A stretch of 63,844 nucleotides of DNA, the filler included, from Ministeria vibrans ATCC 50519 (lineage: Eukaryota > Protista > Filasterea), in NCBI GenBank assembly GCA_943704425.1. It is 7 parts of 7 records of this genome, joined end to end, with 100 filler letters (N's around TTAATTAATTAA, not from the genome) between each part and the next. Parts side by side here need not be neighbours in the genome. Positions count along the whole stretch, not along the records: positions 31,338 to 50,717 come from CALSCP010000379.1; positions 50,818 to 55,804 come from CALSCP010000739.1; positions 55,905 to 60,163 come from CALSCP010001797.1; positions 60,264 to 61,858 come from CALSCP010001140.1; 3 more parts are not named here. One strand, written 5' to 3'. Each line of letters opens with the position of its first letter. Position 1 is the first letter of the stretch. Positions 47,541 through 60,374 of the stretch are shown piece by piece. The notes beneath the pieces are model-generated. The model was not told where the DNA came from, did not search any database, and was given only the letters and a program-made list of their open reading frames with translations. The position numbers were made by a program, and so were the translations under genes.

Positions 47541-48620
47541 ATGGCTGGCCCCGGGTACTTTAAGGACAACAAGAGGGGCGAAGTGAACGACCTCAGGTAA
47601 AAACAGCAATGGAAAAAAAAAAAAAAAGGAAAAAAAAAAACACTCTGTGCGACGCCATCGCGTGGATTGGTGTCTGCGCTGGCCCGTGGGCGCGCGTTGA
47701 CGCCCGTCAGCCCCACCCGCGGTCCCTCCTCCTGCGATGCGCTTGCGTTCGCTTTTATTTTTCGATTTTTCTCTTTGTTTTCCATCGTGTGCGACGCACA
47801 CGCCCGCTGCGTGTGTTCTGACCGCAGCATCCGTCCTTTCCACCACCCCCACAGGGCCCTCTTGCGGAACCCCGAGGTGCAGCGCGACCCGAAGCGCCAA
47901 AGGACCGCTCTCCAAAAAGTCATCGCCCAAATGACGCTGGGCATCGACGTGTCGCCGCTCACCCCTGAAATGATCATGGTGCGTATGTCTGTCAGTGCCG
48001 TGCCGTCTCTTTGCCCCCGTTGCCTCTCTCTCGTTCTGACGTGTCTTTTTTTTTCCGTCTTTTTTTCTGCTCAGGCGACTGCCACAAAAGATGTCGTGCA
48101 AAAGAAGCTCGTCTATCTGTTTCTCTGTAACTACGCCGAATCCAACTCGGAAACCACCCTGCTGGTGATCAACACCCTCCAAAAGGATTGCCGGTAAGCC
48201 AAAAGTCTCTTTCTCCTCACTTTGTTTTTTTTTTTTTTTTTTTCTTACTTTTTGCGAACGTCTTTTGTTTTGTCGTAGCGATGAAAATCCCATGGTCAGA
48301 GGGCTTGCTCTGCGCAACATGTGCTCGCTGCGAACCGAGTCGTTGTTGGAGTACGTTCTTGCGCCGCTCAAGGCGGGTCTGCGCGACCGATCGGCGTACG
48401 TGCGCAAAACGGCCGTCCTCGGTGCGCTCAAGGTGTTTTACGTGAGCCAACAACGAGTGCGGGACGAGGGCATTGTGGACTCGCTGCGTGACATGATTCA
48501 CGACAAGGACCAACAGGTGGTCACCAACACCATTGTGGCTCTGTCGGAGATTCTCGCGGGAGAAGGCGGTCTCGTAATAGACCAGCCGGTAAGTGTGTAT
48601 ATTTTTTGAAGAACAATAAT

Positions 48621-48651
<31 letters not shown>

Positions 48652-50471
48652 TTTATTTTTATGGCTTTTCTTTTTTTCTCAGTTGGCTCACGAGCTGTTA
48701 AATCGAATTCGCGACTTTAACGAGTGGGGCCAAGCGACCATTCTCACTGCACTTCATCGGTATGTAAAAGAGACAAAGAGTGCCAGAACCGATGGAGAGT
48801 GTGTATACATTTGCCTTGTGTGTGTCGTTTGCTCTATGATGAAACCCCAACTTTGGATATTTGCACGTCAGTCATAGCTGGAGTGTGCGACTTGTTCCGC
48901 ACTCCCATGATGACATTCCAAATCACACCATAACTTTTTTATTCTGAGACTTGAAACGATTGTGTTGTATTTTATTTTTCGCTTTTGTTATACATATCAC
49001 TCATTCTGCGTTTTCTCTGGTTGTTTCTTCTCATTCAAGATACACGCCGGCAAGCGAAGACGAAGTGTTTGACATTTTGAACATTCTGGAGGAGCGCGTC
49101 AAGCACGCCAACGGAGGCGTTGTCATGGCCGCCGCCCGTCTCTTCTTGCAGTTCACTGAAGTACCCACATCTCGTTCTCTCACACTCCCTCACTCACACG
49201 CTGCCTTGTCACTTTCTTTTTTTCTAAAAAAAAATTTCTCACCGTTCTTTCTTTTTTCGATTTTAATTAGAAAATGACGGAGGTGCGCAGTGATGTTTAT
49301 GCGCGTCTCAAGGGCCCTCTGCTGACTCTGATGGCGTCAGGAACACCCGAACTGGTTCACACTGTACGTGTCGTCAAGTCAAGTTTCTTGCCTGAGCATC
49401 CTCTCATCTATTTTGTTCTCTTCCTTCTCTCCGTGTAGGTTCTGTGTCACTTTCAAATGTTGCTGGAGCAAGAGCCACATTTGCTGGATGGTGAGATTGC
49501 GCAGCTATTTTGCCGTTACAACGATCCTACGTACGTCAAAACACTCCGGCTCGATCTTCTCACAATGGTCTGTTCCGAGGCCAATTTCACTGGTGTAAGC
49601 ACGCATGCACAAGGAAACACATCGTCGCGATTCTCCTCTTGGTTATTGATTTTCTCGATTCTGCTGTAGATCCTTGAAGAACTGAGTGCCTACGTAACGG
49701 ATGTGGACGCGGACATGTCACGTGCGTCCGTGCAGAGCATTGGACGTATTGCCATCAAACTTCCCACATGTGCGCGCGCTGCTATTGCCCAACTCACCTC
49801 CTTCCTTGACCTGGACATTGAGTATATCAGGTATGACTTAGTTTATATGTCTTTTGTCTGTGAATTTTAACATTTTTCTGTGTTTGTAGTGGTGAGACAA
49901 TGACTGTGATGAAGGATTTGCTGCGCAAGTACGGAGAGCACGCCGACGAAGTGCTGCCGCGTCTGCAGGCGCATCTGCAGCATGTGCAGGGCAACGGGCA
50001 AGCGAAGGCTGCCATGGTATGGATGCTGGGCGAGTACGGCGAGAACATCCCCGAGAGTCCTTATCTGCTGGAGGCCATCATAGAGGACATTGCCGAAGAG
50101 GACTCTCCCGATGTCCGTCTTCAACTTCTTACCGCCACTATGAAGCTCTTTTTCAAACGGTACATATATGGCCAGACAACTTGCCTCTCCATATTGTTTT
50201 ATTCTGAACCCATCTCGCATTTTTTCTTCTTCATTCAGAGGACCCGAGTGTCAGGCAATGCTCGGACAACTGCTCGAACACGAGGTCACCGACGAGACAC
50301 ACATGGATGTCCATGACCGTGCCATGCTCTACTACCGTCTTCTCAAGGTATGCCATTATTGACTTGACGATATCATCTTATACCAGCGCCTTCTTTGTAC
50401 AGGATGGTGGTGTGGATCTTTCATCGCGAGTCATTGGTGGCCAGAGAACATTTGAGACGTTTATCGAAGAG
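47541..50471 (+). CDS. AP4B1: AP-4 complex subunit beta-1, multi-exon, 3' truncated at contig end
   Basis: ALLRNPEVQRD..KVIAQMTLGIDVS; ATKDVVQKKLVYLFLCNYA; INTLQKDC|DENPMVRGLALRNMCSLR; LFCRYNDPTYVK; MKLFFKR|GPECQAMLG; DVHDRAMLYYRLL. These features fit beta-4 better than beta-1/2. Confidence 0.88.
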
Positions 50472-50568
50472 GTACGTCAAAACTTCTTGTTGCTTCATAT
50501 ACCCAACGCGACTGATTCACCTTTTTTTCTTTTCATTCTTCTCTCTCTCTCTTTATCACTTATTTCTC

Positions 50569-50618
<50 letters not shown>

Positions 50619-50620
50619 CC

Positions 50621-50675
<55 letters not shown>

Positions 50676-50677
50676 CC

Positions 50678-50717
<40 letters not shown>

Positions 50718-50817
50718 NNNNNNNNNNNNNNNNNNNNNNNNNNNNNNNNNNNNNNNNNNNNTTAATTAATTAANNNNNNNNNNNNNNNNNNNNNNNNNNN
50801 NNNNNNNNNNNNNNNNN
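50718..50817. other. Artificial contig linker
   Basis: N44-TTAATTAATTAA-N44. Confidence 0.98.
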
Positions 50818-50926
50818 TAATGAACTTGAGACACTTCCGACTAAGTGTCGACTTCAGAGTTCACTGACTAGTGACTTCAACAGTTCAACTTCAGTCGTTT
50901 ACATTCCTTTTCGATCGTAAATCATA

Positions 50927-51705
50927 ATGCGATCCGCCATTGCCCTTCTTGTTGTGTGTGCTGCCCTGGCCAATGGTAAGCGGGTCGTTCGTTTGCGCTC
51001 CGAGTGAATGACATTGCATTGGTTTGTCTTTCCTTAGCTCACCTGTGTCTGGTCCATCCGCCGCAGCGAAACGGAGGAGCCGGTATGTCGAGCCCGGGAG
51101 CTGATTCGTGCAAACTCGTCACGTAAGTCCAGTCAAGTTGGTCTCTTTTTTTGTGGGTTTGTCTTTGTTTGTTTGTGTGTTTGTCATCGACAGAAACTTT
51201 TTTGTCTCTCTCACTCACTCAGTCCCTCTCCTCGCGTAGAGGTCCGTGCGGCGGCGACCCTGAGGGCTCCCCCAAGCACACCGTGACTGCCGGCGGTACC
51301 ACAGAGCTCGTCATTCAGAAGGTACAGGAAAAGTGTGAAAGGAGAAACAGTGAGATTATAGATTGTATGCTTCTTTTTAAAGTGTTGTACTACATTGATA
51401 ATAATATTAATAATATTTCATTGCATTTTTAGAACCTTGATCATTTCAACAAGGAAATGCCGGGCAACTTCACCGTGTACGGCTTCAACGGCAGCTTGCG
51501 CTCGCCGATGCAGGCGCTGCTGCCCGACACCAATGCAACGAGTCTGTCGCTGTACAAGGTGAGCCTGCCGTGCCCGAGCAACACGCCCGCCGGCAACTAC
51601 GTCCTACAAGTCGTCTACAACACCAACAACCCCGAGGCACCCGCCCAGTTCTTCCAGTGTGCCGACGTCAAGGTTGTCGCTGGCCCGCGCCACGAACAAG
51701 AATAA
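50927..51705 (+). CDS. Small secreted His-brace (LPMO-like) copper protein, 4 exons (50927-50975, 51038-51122, 51240-51321, 51433-51705)
   Basis: Spliced product: MRSAIALLVVCAALANA/HLCLVHPPQRNGGAGMSSPGADSCKLVTGPCGG..VIQKNLDHFNKEMPGNFTV..GNYVLQVVYNTNNPEAPAQFFQCADVKVV. His directly follows an A-N-A signal-peptidase site; second His in NLDH; terminal FFQCADV strand. Confidence 0.78.
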
Positions 51706-51793
51706 TAATTAACAAAAAATCAGTTCAAGTTCGTCATTGGTAATGGAAAACAACCATTGAGATTTAGCATGTGTGTTTGTTTCAATGATAATA

Positions 51794-54621
51794 CTACGAG
51801 TGAGAGGTGGGGAGGGTATCGGCAACCTGGCGAATGGCAGTGGCGGCCTCGACAAGATCGGCATCGTCGTGCTTGGCGGAGAAGCAGAGGAGGATAGACG
51901 GAGGCGGGAGGATGTGCTCCTGCTCGTCGACGTAGACGGCGCGGCTAAGAGCAATGTGGTGGCGGGTGCGGCAGGTGTCGACTATGCGCTGGAGAGTGCG
52001 CTCGTCATCGTTGCGCGACGAGGACGAGTGTTTGAGGCGCAGGTGCATGAAGGAAGCGTTTGGGGCTGAGTGGCAGGTGAGGGTGGTACTGGCACTGAGC
52101 GCGGTGCGTACCAGCCGGGCCTTGTGCATGGTGCGCTTCCCAATGTCTGTCGTCGCTCCTTCGCGCCCCAGCATCGCCAATGACTCCCGTGCGGTCGTCG
52201 CCAGCAGCGGAGGCAGTGACGCAGAGAAGCAGTAGCCTTGTCCAGACAATCGCTGTGGCAACAAGAGAGAGAATTGAGTGAGTGAATAACGCGTAGAGTT
52301 AAAACTCGCGCGTAAAGCTCACCTGATGATCAACGACAAAGGTGCGGCCACAGCAGAATCCACCGTGTGAGCCAATTGCGTGTGCCATTGACGCACAAAT
52401 CAAATCCATATCAATCACCTAAGAGCAATCATTCACCATTAATAATTGTATAATAATTATACTAAGACGTGTTTGTGTGTGTGTGAGTGTGTGTTACGTC
52501 AACTCCCAAATGTTCAGTGAGACCCTTTCCAGTGCGACCAATGACACCAAAACTCATTGACTCGTCAATGAAAATGCGGAACTTGTAACGGTACTTGAGC
52601 TCAATGAAGCGTTGCAATGGGGCCATTTGGCCCGTCTTCTCATAGATCCCCTCGCACACCAGAAACCGTCGGATGTCCTACAAAAAGTGGGTGTGGAGAC
52701 AGAGAGATGGTCAGTTTTTAAGTGACGATGTGTTGATTTCACGTGTGACATGGTGTAATTGTGGTTGTGAGCGAGTGACACGAAATGTGAAATGTGTGCG
52801 TTGTGAGGATTGTTGTGGGTAAAAAAAAAAAAAAAAAAAAAAAAAANNNNNNNNNNCCCTTTCACCGCTCCTCCACATGTTTCTTGCGCACGAGCTGGCG
52901 CGTGGTCATGTCGTCGAGGGAGTACTTTTGCTTTTTTGGGGTTTCGACGGTCGATTTTGTCTTGTTCTTTGAGAAGTCGTTCGAGGTCATTGGCGTCATT
53001 GTGCTTAAACCAGCGGATTTGAGAACGGGACGCAACGAGACCCTGTTGGATGGAAAAGCACACTTGCTCATCACTACACAATCAGACCGAGAGAGTACAC
53101 GGTTACGGTTTTGGCTACTGTACACACAACAAATTCCTTACACAAAGATGATGTCACCGCGCTTGGAATAGGCGGGAATAGCTGATGCAATCGTCGCATA
53201 CCCATACGCGTAGATGATTGCTTCTTCAACGCCCAGGAACTTAGCGAGATCCTTCTCAAGCTCCAAATGCACATCCACAGTGCCAAAGAAACCACTGCAG
53301 ATACAACAACAAAAACACATGTATATTCATCAAAAGGCGGGGGGGNNNNNNNNNNNNNNNNNNNNNNNNNNNNNNNNNNNNNNNNNNNNNNNNNNNNNNN
53401 NNNNNNNNNNNNNNNNNNNNNNNNNNNNNNNNNNNNNNNNNNNNNNNNNNNNNNNNNNNNNNNNNNNNNNNNNNNNNNNNNNNNNNNNNNNNNNNNNNNN
53501 NNNNNNNNNNNNNNNNNNNNNNNNNNNNNNNNNNNNNNNNNNNNNNNNNNNNNNNNNNNNNNNNNNNNNNNNNNNNNNNNNNNNNNNNNNNNNNNNNNNN
53601 NNNNNNNNNNNNNNNNNNNNNNNNNNNNNNNNNNNNNNNNNNNNNNNNNNNNNNNNNNNNNNNNNNATCAGAATAATAATTTTGGTTAATTTGCTTCTCT
53701 CCCGAATCGCTCCCTCTCTCATCTCTAGATCTCTCTGCCATATAGAATGTGCATGTACATACCGAGGTCCGCATGAACCGACTCCGTAGTGCTCGGCTGT
53801 CTCAATAGCGAGCTGCTTGAGCGCCGGTTCGTCTGCTCGTCCCAAAAAGTTGGTCGACGCCAAATTGAGACAATCCACGACGCCGTTGACAGTAACACGA
53901 GTGCCGACAGTGCCACTGACGGTCGCGACATTGTCGAGCACCCACGTGTCGTGCTCGCTGTTGGACGGCACAAGCGGCGCTGCCTGCCACTCGTCGATCA
54001 TCTCATCCACCTGAACACACACAATGCGCACGCCGATCAGCTCACCCTCCCCCACACACCTCCCGCCCCATCACACGACTCTCCCATGCATCACAGCAAG
54101 TGCCGCAGAGCCCGCAAATGGGACGGGAGAGAGAGAATGTAAAAATAAAATAAAAAAAACGCATTACCTCCTTTGGCGTGAGCTTCTGGGGCTTTCCATC
54201 GACTCTGTACGACTTGCTGAAGAACAGCCACAGGATGATGATGAGCAGGACGAGCTCAAGGACCACGTGGTAGCCTGGCGACTGTGTAACACAACAAAAC
54301 AGAAGTTGAGATCGTTTTTTTTTATCTCTTAAAAAAAGAAAAAACATTCATCATTTCACAAATGACTGTTGTGGGGCCACTGCGGCTCCCTTTCGCGTGA
54401 TACAAGCAGGTATGCAAGCATGGCAAGCCTATAGCGCGTGCGGCAGCGTCCTAATGTGCACGAGGACGGCGTGGGGCGGCAGTGAAGGGCTGCTGCCCAT
54501 CCGGCGCACTTCACTCATCCCATCTCCCCTTTCTGCGCCTCCTCCTTACCGCTAAGTCTTCGGCGATCTGCTTTGGAAGGACCGATAAGAAGACGACGTA
54601 CGCCTCCGACAGGTACGACAT
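51794..54621 (-). CDS. SPTLC1: Serine palmitoyltransferase subunit 1 (LCB1), multi-exon, spans two N gaps
   Basis: PGYHVVLE; LTPKE|[15 protein letters not shown]; NLASTNFLG; YGVGSCGPR|[13 protein letters not shown]; [15 protein letters not shown]; [19 protein letters not shown]; [18 protein letters not shown]. Confidence 0.96.
52847..52856. other. Scaffold gap (10 N) within an SPTLC1 intron
   Basis: N run without the linker core. Confidence 0.9.
53346..53666. other. Scaffold gap (321 N) within an SPTLC1 intron
   Basis: N run; the flanking exons (GPR | GFFGT) are consecutive in the protein. Confidence 0.9.
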
Positions 54622-54943
54622 CCTATTGAGTGTTTACGAGACTGAAGTAAAATTAATTATTATTCATTCATTCATTCAAAGTGACAAGTTTGGGGAGAAG
54701 AGATAGAAATTACAAAGATGAAAGCCTCATTCAAGTTTGAACTGCTTAGCAAGCCAGAGGGCTGAGAGCTGAGACTCGTCTGACGTCCTACGGTCTGAGC
54801 GATCACTCGAAGATGAGAGGAACTCGTTTGTACTTCGTGTTTGTCACAACATCATCGTTATTACTTAAAAGCATAATAAATGTTATTGAACTTTTTTTTT
54901 CTTAATGGGATGAAAGAAATTTATTAAAGTATAGGGTATAATA

Positions 54944-55620
54944 TCAAGTGGAGATGCGAGCTGCATCGCGCAAGGTCGGATAGGACGCCCAGACGGGAGA
55001 GGTGTGGAAGGCATCCAGAACAGCATCGATCAGGAGTGTGGGATAGGAACCATGTTCGGTGGTGGCATTGATGCGGAGAGCGCTATTTGGCATAGGGGGG
55101 GCAACAATAGAGCGAGGAAACAGGCGCGAGTGGGGTGGGCGTTGACGGAAGTGTGCAAGATATCCATGGCGCACAGGCATAAGGTAGTGGTGCCGACTTT
55201 CGATCGCATATCGATCCAAAACTCCGTTAGACTGAGCTTGGATGTCCGCTGGTTCGTCGACAACGATGCGGTGGATTCCAAAGTAATAGCTATAGGAAGG
55301 ATCGTGTCAACCAAGAAATCTCCCTTGTTTCTTTCTCCCTCCTCCCTTCCCTTATTTCTCTCTCTCTCTATCACCAACGCTTTGTCGCTCCATCTCATTC
55401 TTTGAACTTCACAGCCTCTCTGATGTAAAACATCTCAAATTTACCGGTTGAATCGATCTGTGTCAATCATCAGTTTGCCGCCCGACACAAACGGTCCCTT
55501 CCGCAGATGTTGTCTGCGATACAAATCAATGAACAGAAAGGGAAAGGGTTCGTCGTCGTCCTTTGTCAATGGCACAGCACTTCCGTCAGGAAAAGTCTCA
55601 TTCGCACGCAGTCCCATCAT
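54944..55620 (-). CDS. 3' fragment (2 exons) of a gene; possibly a GT92/DUF23-like glycosyltransferase C-terminus
   Basis: Spliced product ..GKLMIDTDRFNR|YYFGIHRI..GYLAHFR.. resembles the K-x-I-x-P..G-I-H..HYR pattern of GT92; 5' part lost at the contig end. Confidence 0.4.
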
Positions 55621-55717
55621 CTAAACAGACAATACAGTGTAAATCATAATAATTATAAAATTAATATTAATTATTGTCACTTTCATTCGACAATCATAAT
55701 TATAATGTCCCCATAAC

Positions 55718-55804
<87 letters not shown>

Positions 55805-55904
55805 NNNNNNNNNNNNNNNNNNNNNNNNNNNNNNNNNNNNNNNNNNNNTTAATTAATTAANNNNNNNNNNNNNNNNNNNNNNNNNNNNNNNNNNNNNNNN
55901 NNNN
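55805..55904. other. Artificial contig linker
   Basis: N44-TTAATTAATTAA-N44. Confidence 0.98.
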
Positions 55905-55934
55905 AAAAAAAAAAACAAGCACACACTAAGCGCA

Positions 55935-57354
55935 CCTCAACAGACACATCGCCTGGCACAATGTCGTCCTTGTCGAGCGATGCCTCGGCTGCCTCTGCCG
56001 CGGCCGCCATCTCAGCCATCAGCGCCGCGTCGTCCATGCCGTCCGCAAGCACGGCCGCCTCATCGACCTCCTCTGTCTCACCCGCCTTCGCCGTTTCCAT
56101 CATGTGTACGCTCGTCTCTTCACTTGGTGTTGTTGTTGTTGCGGTGGTGGTTGTGGCGGTGGTGGTCGTTGTCGTCGCGGAGCTTGTCTGCTCGTCGCTG
56201 CTGCCATCCTTCTTCTGAACCTTTTTGGAGAAGAGCTGCGGCGGCAACGAGAGAGACAAGTCGAGTATTCCCTCGTAAAATGTGCGAGTCTCTTCATCGC
56301 CCCAGAAGGCGTCACCCGAGATCTCGCCCGAGGCAAACTGGGGCACGAAGAAGCTGATGCCGACCGAGGGGTCTTCGGGCTCGGCGGGTGCCTCGGGCAA
56401 CTCGGGCATTTCCGCCTGAAGTAGATCCGCCAGCTGGCGTGTGTTTCCCAAGAGCTTGTCGTAACTCTTGACAAGCTTCTCGTAGGCCTCGAGCACTTCG
56501 GCACGCACCTCACCGCGCATATCGATGGCTCGCTTGTTGTTGCGCTGACGGTTGTGCATTTCGTGATGTTGCTTGAGCAGCTCTTGTGACACCTGCTCAA
56601 AATAACGACGCAAACGTTCGGCAATTTCACGACGACGCTTCACACTGATACAGTCGGTGCCCGAGGCAATCATGGACGCCTCAGCAAGTGTTGGGCCTGC
56701 CTCCACAGGCTGACCGGCCGCCTGGAGTTCCTCAGCCTGACTGCGCGGTGTGATGCCCGTAATCGCCTGGCCGCACGCCTTGAGAAAGCTCACAACAGCG
56801 GGTAACAGCGACAACTCCCCGCTGCGTTCGTCGGCATCGAGGACGGGTGCCAGCGTCTGAGCAAGCAAATCGCCATTGTCGCGAACAATGCCAGTGATGA
56901 GCAGTTCTGCAATGAGCCGAAGGCCCACGCGAAACTTGGCACAACGCGGCGAGCGATCGGCCTCCGGCAGGGGCTCGTCGGCTGCCACGGTGTACTGGCG
57001 CTTGACGGCGTCGACAAGGAGCGGTGCAAAGTCGGCGTAGCGCTGATGGAGAATCGAGAGGACGGCAACCGCCGAAGGAACGTCCGCGCTCTTGATGCCC
57101 TTGGCGCCCCCGACGCCCGCTGCCCCGTCCACAAACACCGTTGCAGCCTCGCTGATGTACTTGCTCATGTTGAGCGCGCGCGCCTCCTTGACGAGCGCGT
57201 CGCGAGCCTCTTCCGTAATGCGACCGCCAAGCTTTTGGACAAAGCGCGAGTTTCGCTTGATCGTCGTGTCCAACTTGCCATACGTCGACAGCTCCGGCCG
57301 CGATTTCGACGCGCCAGCAGCCACATTGGCTGCAATCATTGCGTCACGGTCCAT
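55935..57354 (-). CDS. UPF2: Regulator of nonsense transcripts UPF2, first exon (MIF4G-1), 3' truncated
   Basis: KLDTTIKRNSRFVQKL..LNMSKYISEAA..LHQRYADF..KFRVGLRLIAELLITG..LADLLQAEMPELP..FWGDEETRTFYE. Confidence 0.92.
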
Positions 57355-57479
57355 ACTACGATAAAAAAAAATAAGTTTATTGAAATATTCTCCAAAAAAA
57401 AATCCAAGGGGCGATCAAGGGGCGATCAAGACCTGTCAAATGCCAATGGTCAACACTCTCGTTTCGTGTCTTATGGGTT

Positions 57480-58721
57480 ATGGCGGGCTCTTATGATTGG
57501 GGCAAGAGGAATCACACAGTGGATGCGTTCTTCAAGCGAGCGCTCTCGGAAGAGCGCTACCAAACAATTCGTTTCTTCGAGCCGGTCATCATTGACTCGC
57601 CCTTGAAACGCAAGGTATGCATATCCTCCTGTGCCCCCTGGGGGGGTGGTGGTGGTGGGGGGCCTGGGGGGTGCATGACTCCCTTCTCATCGGCGCACTC
57701 GAAGTGTCTAATCCATGAACAACACTGTAGTCGTTTGGGTATGTTGTCGGTGACGATGTGGCACTCAGTGTCACCGAGTACCCGCCGAAAACCATCTCGC
57801 GCTGCTGCCTGCTGTCTGACATTGTCGAAGTCGACGTTGTACGTACAGTGTCCGTGCATTGGGGAAGCTCTTCTCACGCACGATGAGTTTGTTTACACTA
57901 TTAGGACAACCGCATTCCGGCCTTTGTCAGCGCTGAAGCCGGAAAAAGTGTTTGCCACATTCTTATACGCTACTGTGAACACTCCTCGGCGGTGCCAACA
58001 TCTCCTCCTCCTGCAGCCCGCGGTCGGTCAACGTCGTCGGCCTCTTCCGCCGGTGGCTCGCCCTCTCTCGTCCCGTCGTCCATGACTCACGCCAGTCGCG
58101 ATCGTCCGAAATCTCCTCTGGCAACTCCCTTAACAGTCTCAAATACTACTAGTGTGCGCTCGTCGTCTCCGCTTGCCAGCTCAGCACCCGTCACCGGCGC
58201 TACTAGATCTCAACTTGAATCGAGCACCACACCCACACCTTCCTTCAAGGTCATGAAAAGGATCCAATCACCTCCGGTTGCGCGCTCTCGGCCCCATCAC
58301 TCGCGCCCCACTCCAGTCAGTACGTCTGCAACCATCTCATCAGACGCAGTCTCCCTTCCCGTCGCCGGCATTGCAATCGACGGCGCTCTCCCTCGCACCG
58401 GCACTGCTGCTCGTCATGATCAGATGCCGCGTAAGCCATACACACGTCAACTTCCGACAGTGCCCATCGCAGTACCGCAAATTTCCCTGGCTCGACGCGT
58501 CAGCCACCGTCGCTCGAGGTCCATTGATTCCATACCGATTGAGCAAACTGATTTGTCCGCATTGACACTAGCACCGGTCGACAATCTCACAGTGCCGTTG
58601 CCTAAGCATATGAACACGAACATAGATCTCCCATCAATGACTGTCTCGCCAATGAGATCTCTCGCCACCTCTTCGCATTTAAGTCGCTCTAATCGTACGT
58701 CGATCCATGCAAAAAAATTGC

Positions 58722-58769
<48 letters not shown>

Positions 58770-58831
58770 GATTATTATTATTATTATTATTATGATTATT
58801 ATTGTTATTATTATTATTATTATTATTAATA

Positions 58832-58864
<33 letters not shown>

Positions 58865-60093
58865 TTTAATCGAAATTCCATGACCCGGCTAGCGATGCTT
58901 GCGTCGACCCGCTCGGCGTCATCACCGCCTCCGTCACGCGCGGTCTCGTCATCGATATCGCCAGTAGCAACCCCCTCTACCTCATCGCCTCGATCACACC
59001 AGCAAATATTACACCTGTACACCATCCTCCCTCGCTCTCCCTTGCGCCTCCAGCTCGACATGCTTCTTCACGCCCACGCCCTACGCACAACCGAACTGCG
59101 CCTCGCTCATGATCAGGCCGACCGACACGCGCACCCACCTAGTTCCTCTGGTGCCGAACATGACACCTACCTCTTCCAGCAACTCTCCGTACAACTGCTC
59201 TCAGCGCCTCCTGATGCAATATGCGAGCTGCTCGTTGCCCTTGCGCGCCTCCTTGCCCACAAGCGGCGTCTGCAGCAGCTCTTCTGGCACACCTCCGACC
59301 TTTTTCGTCTGCTTCATCGACAACTCGTCACACACACACCCTTTGAGTCTTTCTTCTTCTCCGGATCCGTCGACCCTGAGCTCCGTGCCGCACCTCTAAA
59401 CGTGCTCACCCATGCGCTTCGCCACGACCGCACCGCCGTCCGTGTCTTTGTTTTTACTGCTCCGTCCATCATTGACTTCCTCAAGGTGTGCAGTCTCCTG
59501 CGCATGCACGCACCTCATTTCTAAACGTTGACGTCTAAATTATTATTATGTTAATTATTTTGTATTATAATTATTAGGCTGCCCTAGATCTGATTGATCG
59601 TGTTAACTGCAATGTGCTTGCGGACGCACTGATTGCCCTGCTTGCCCATCTCTTTCACGCGACTCTCTGCGCTCGCTTAGGCAGCGATACGTACATTAAA
59701 CCACCCACACTGGTCAAGTATAGAATGTGCAGACAGCTGATCACTCTTGTCTGTGTAGAAGCAGCGCGCCCCCGGCCACCAGCACAGTGGAGGAGCTTCT
59801 GCGTTGTCTTTGTGTTGAGTGTTCTCCTCAGTCTCTCACTGCGCTCTTGCAGCAGCTTATGCGACGCACCCTCGTCCATCTCGACCCTGCTCGTCCATCC
59901 CCTCCTCCTCCCTCTCAAGTACGTTTTCTACTCTCCCCTCCTCTCAACCTTATTACGTTTATCTGTGTGTATATGAACAACGACTTTCACAGGCACTCTC
60001 TGCGTTCTACTGTGCATCCGTTGTCAAAAGTATGCTCCAGGCAAACGGGGCACTAGCCCAGCGACTCCTCAACGACTACAAAGAGGAATTCCG
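57480..60093 (+). CDS. C12orf56 / DUF4551 homologue, multi-exon, 3' truncated
   Basis: RNHTVDAFFKRALSEERYQTIRFFEPVII|..YVVGDDVALSVTEYPPKTI..LSDIVEVDV|..CHILIRY; LFWHTSDLF; DYKEEFR. These match recalled C12orf56 motifs (RNSRLDVFLRRHL..YEPCIV, LTENPPK, LFWKTSDLF, YREEFRY). Confidence 0.8.
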
Positions 60094-60163
60094 GTACGCG
60101 CTGAGCTATTGGTGCTCTAGGGAACGCTGCAAGCCCACTCATGCCCCCCCACCCACCACCCCC

Positions 60164-60263
60164 NNNNNNNNNNNNNNNNNNNNNNNNNNNNNNNNNNNNN
60201 NNNNNNNTTAATTAATTAANNNNNNNNNNNNNNNNNNNNNNNNNNNNNNNNNNNNNNNNNNNN
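60164..60263. other. Artificial contig linker
   Basis: N44-TTAATTAATTAA-N44. Confidence 0.98.
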
Positions 60264-60374
60264 GGGGGGGAGGAGGAGGAGTCTGACGGGTATGAAGGAG
60301 ACGTGCCGCCCGGTCGAATGAGCGGATATCTTTGACTTTGGACGAGGAGTCGAGGACGAAAAATAATATTAATG

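Noticed and set aside
60264-60335. Possible last codons of a plus-strand gene (EEESDGYEGDVPPGRMSGYL*)
   Set aside because: Too short at a contig edge to support a call.
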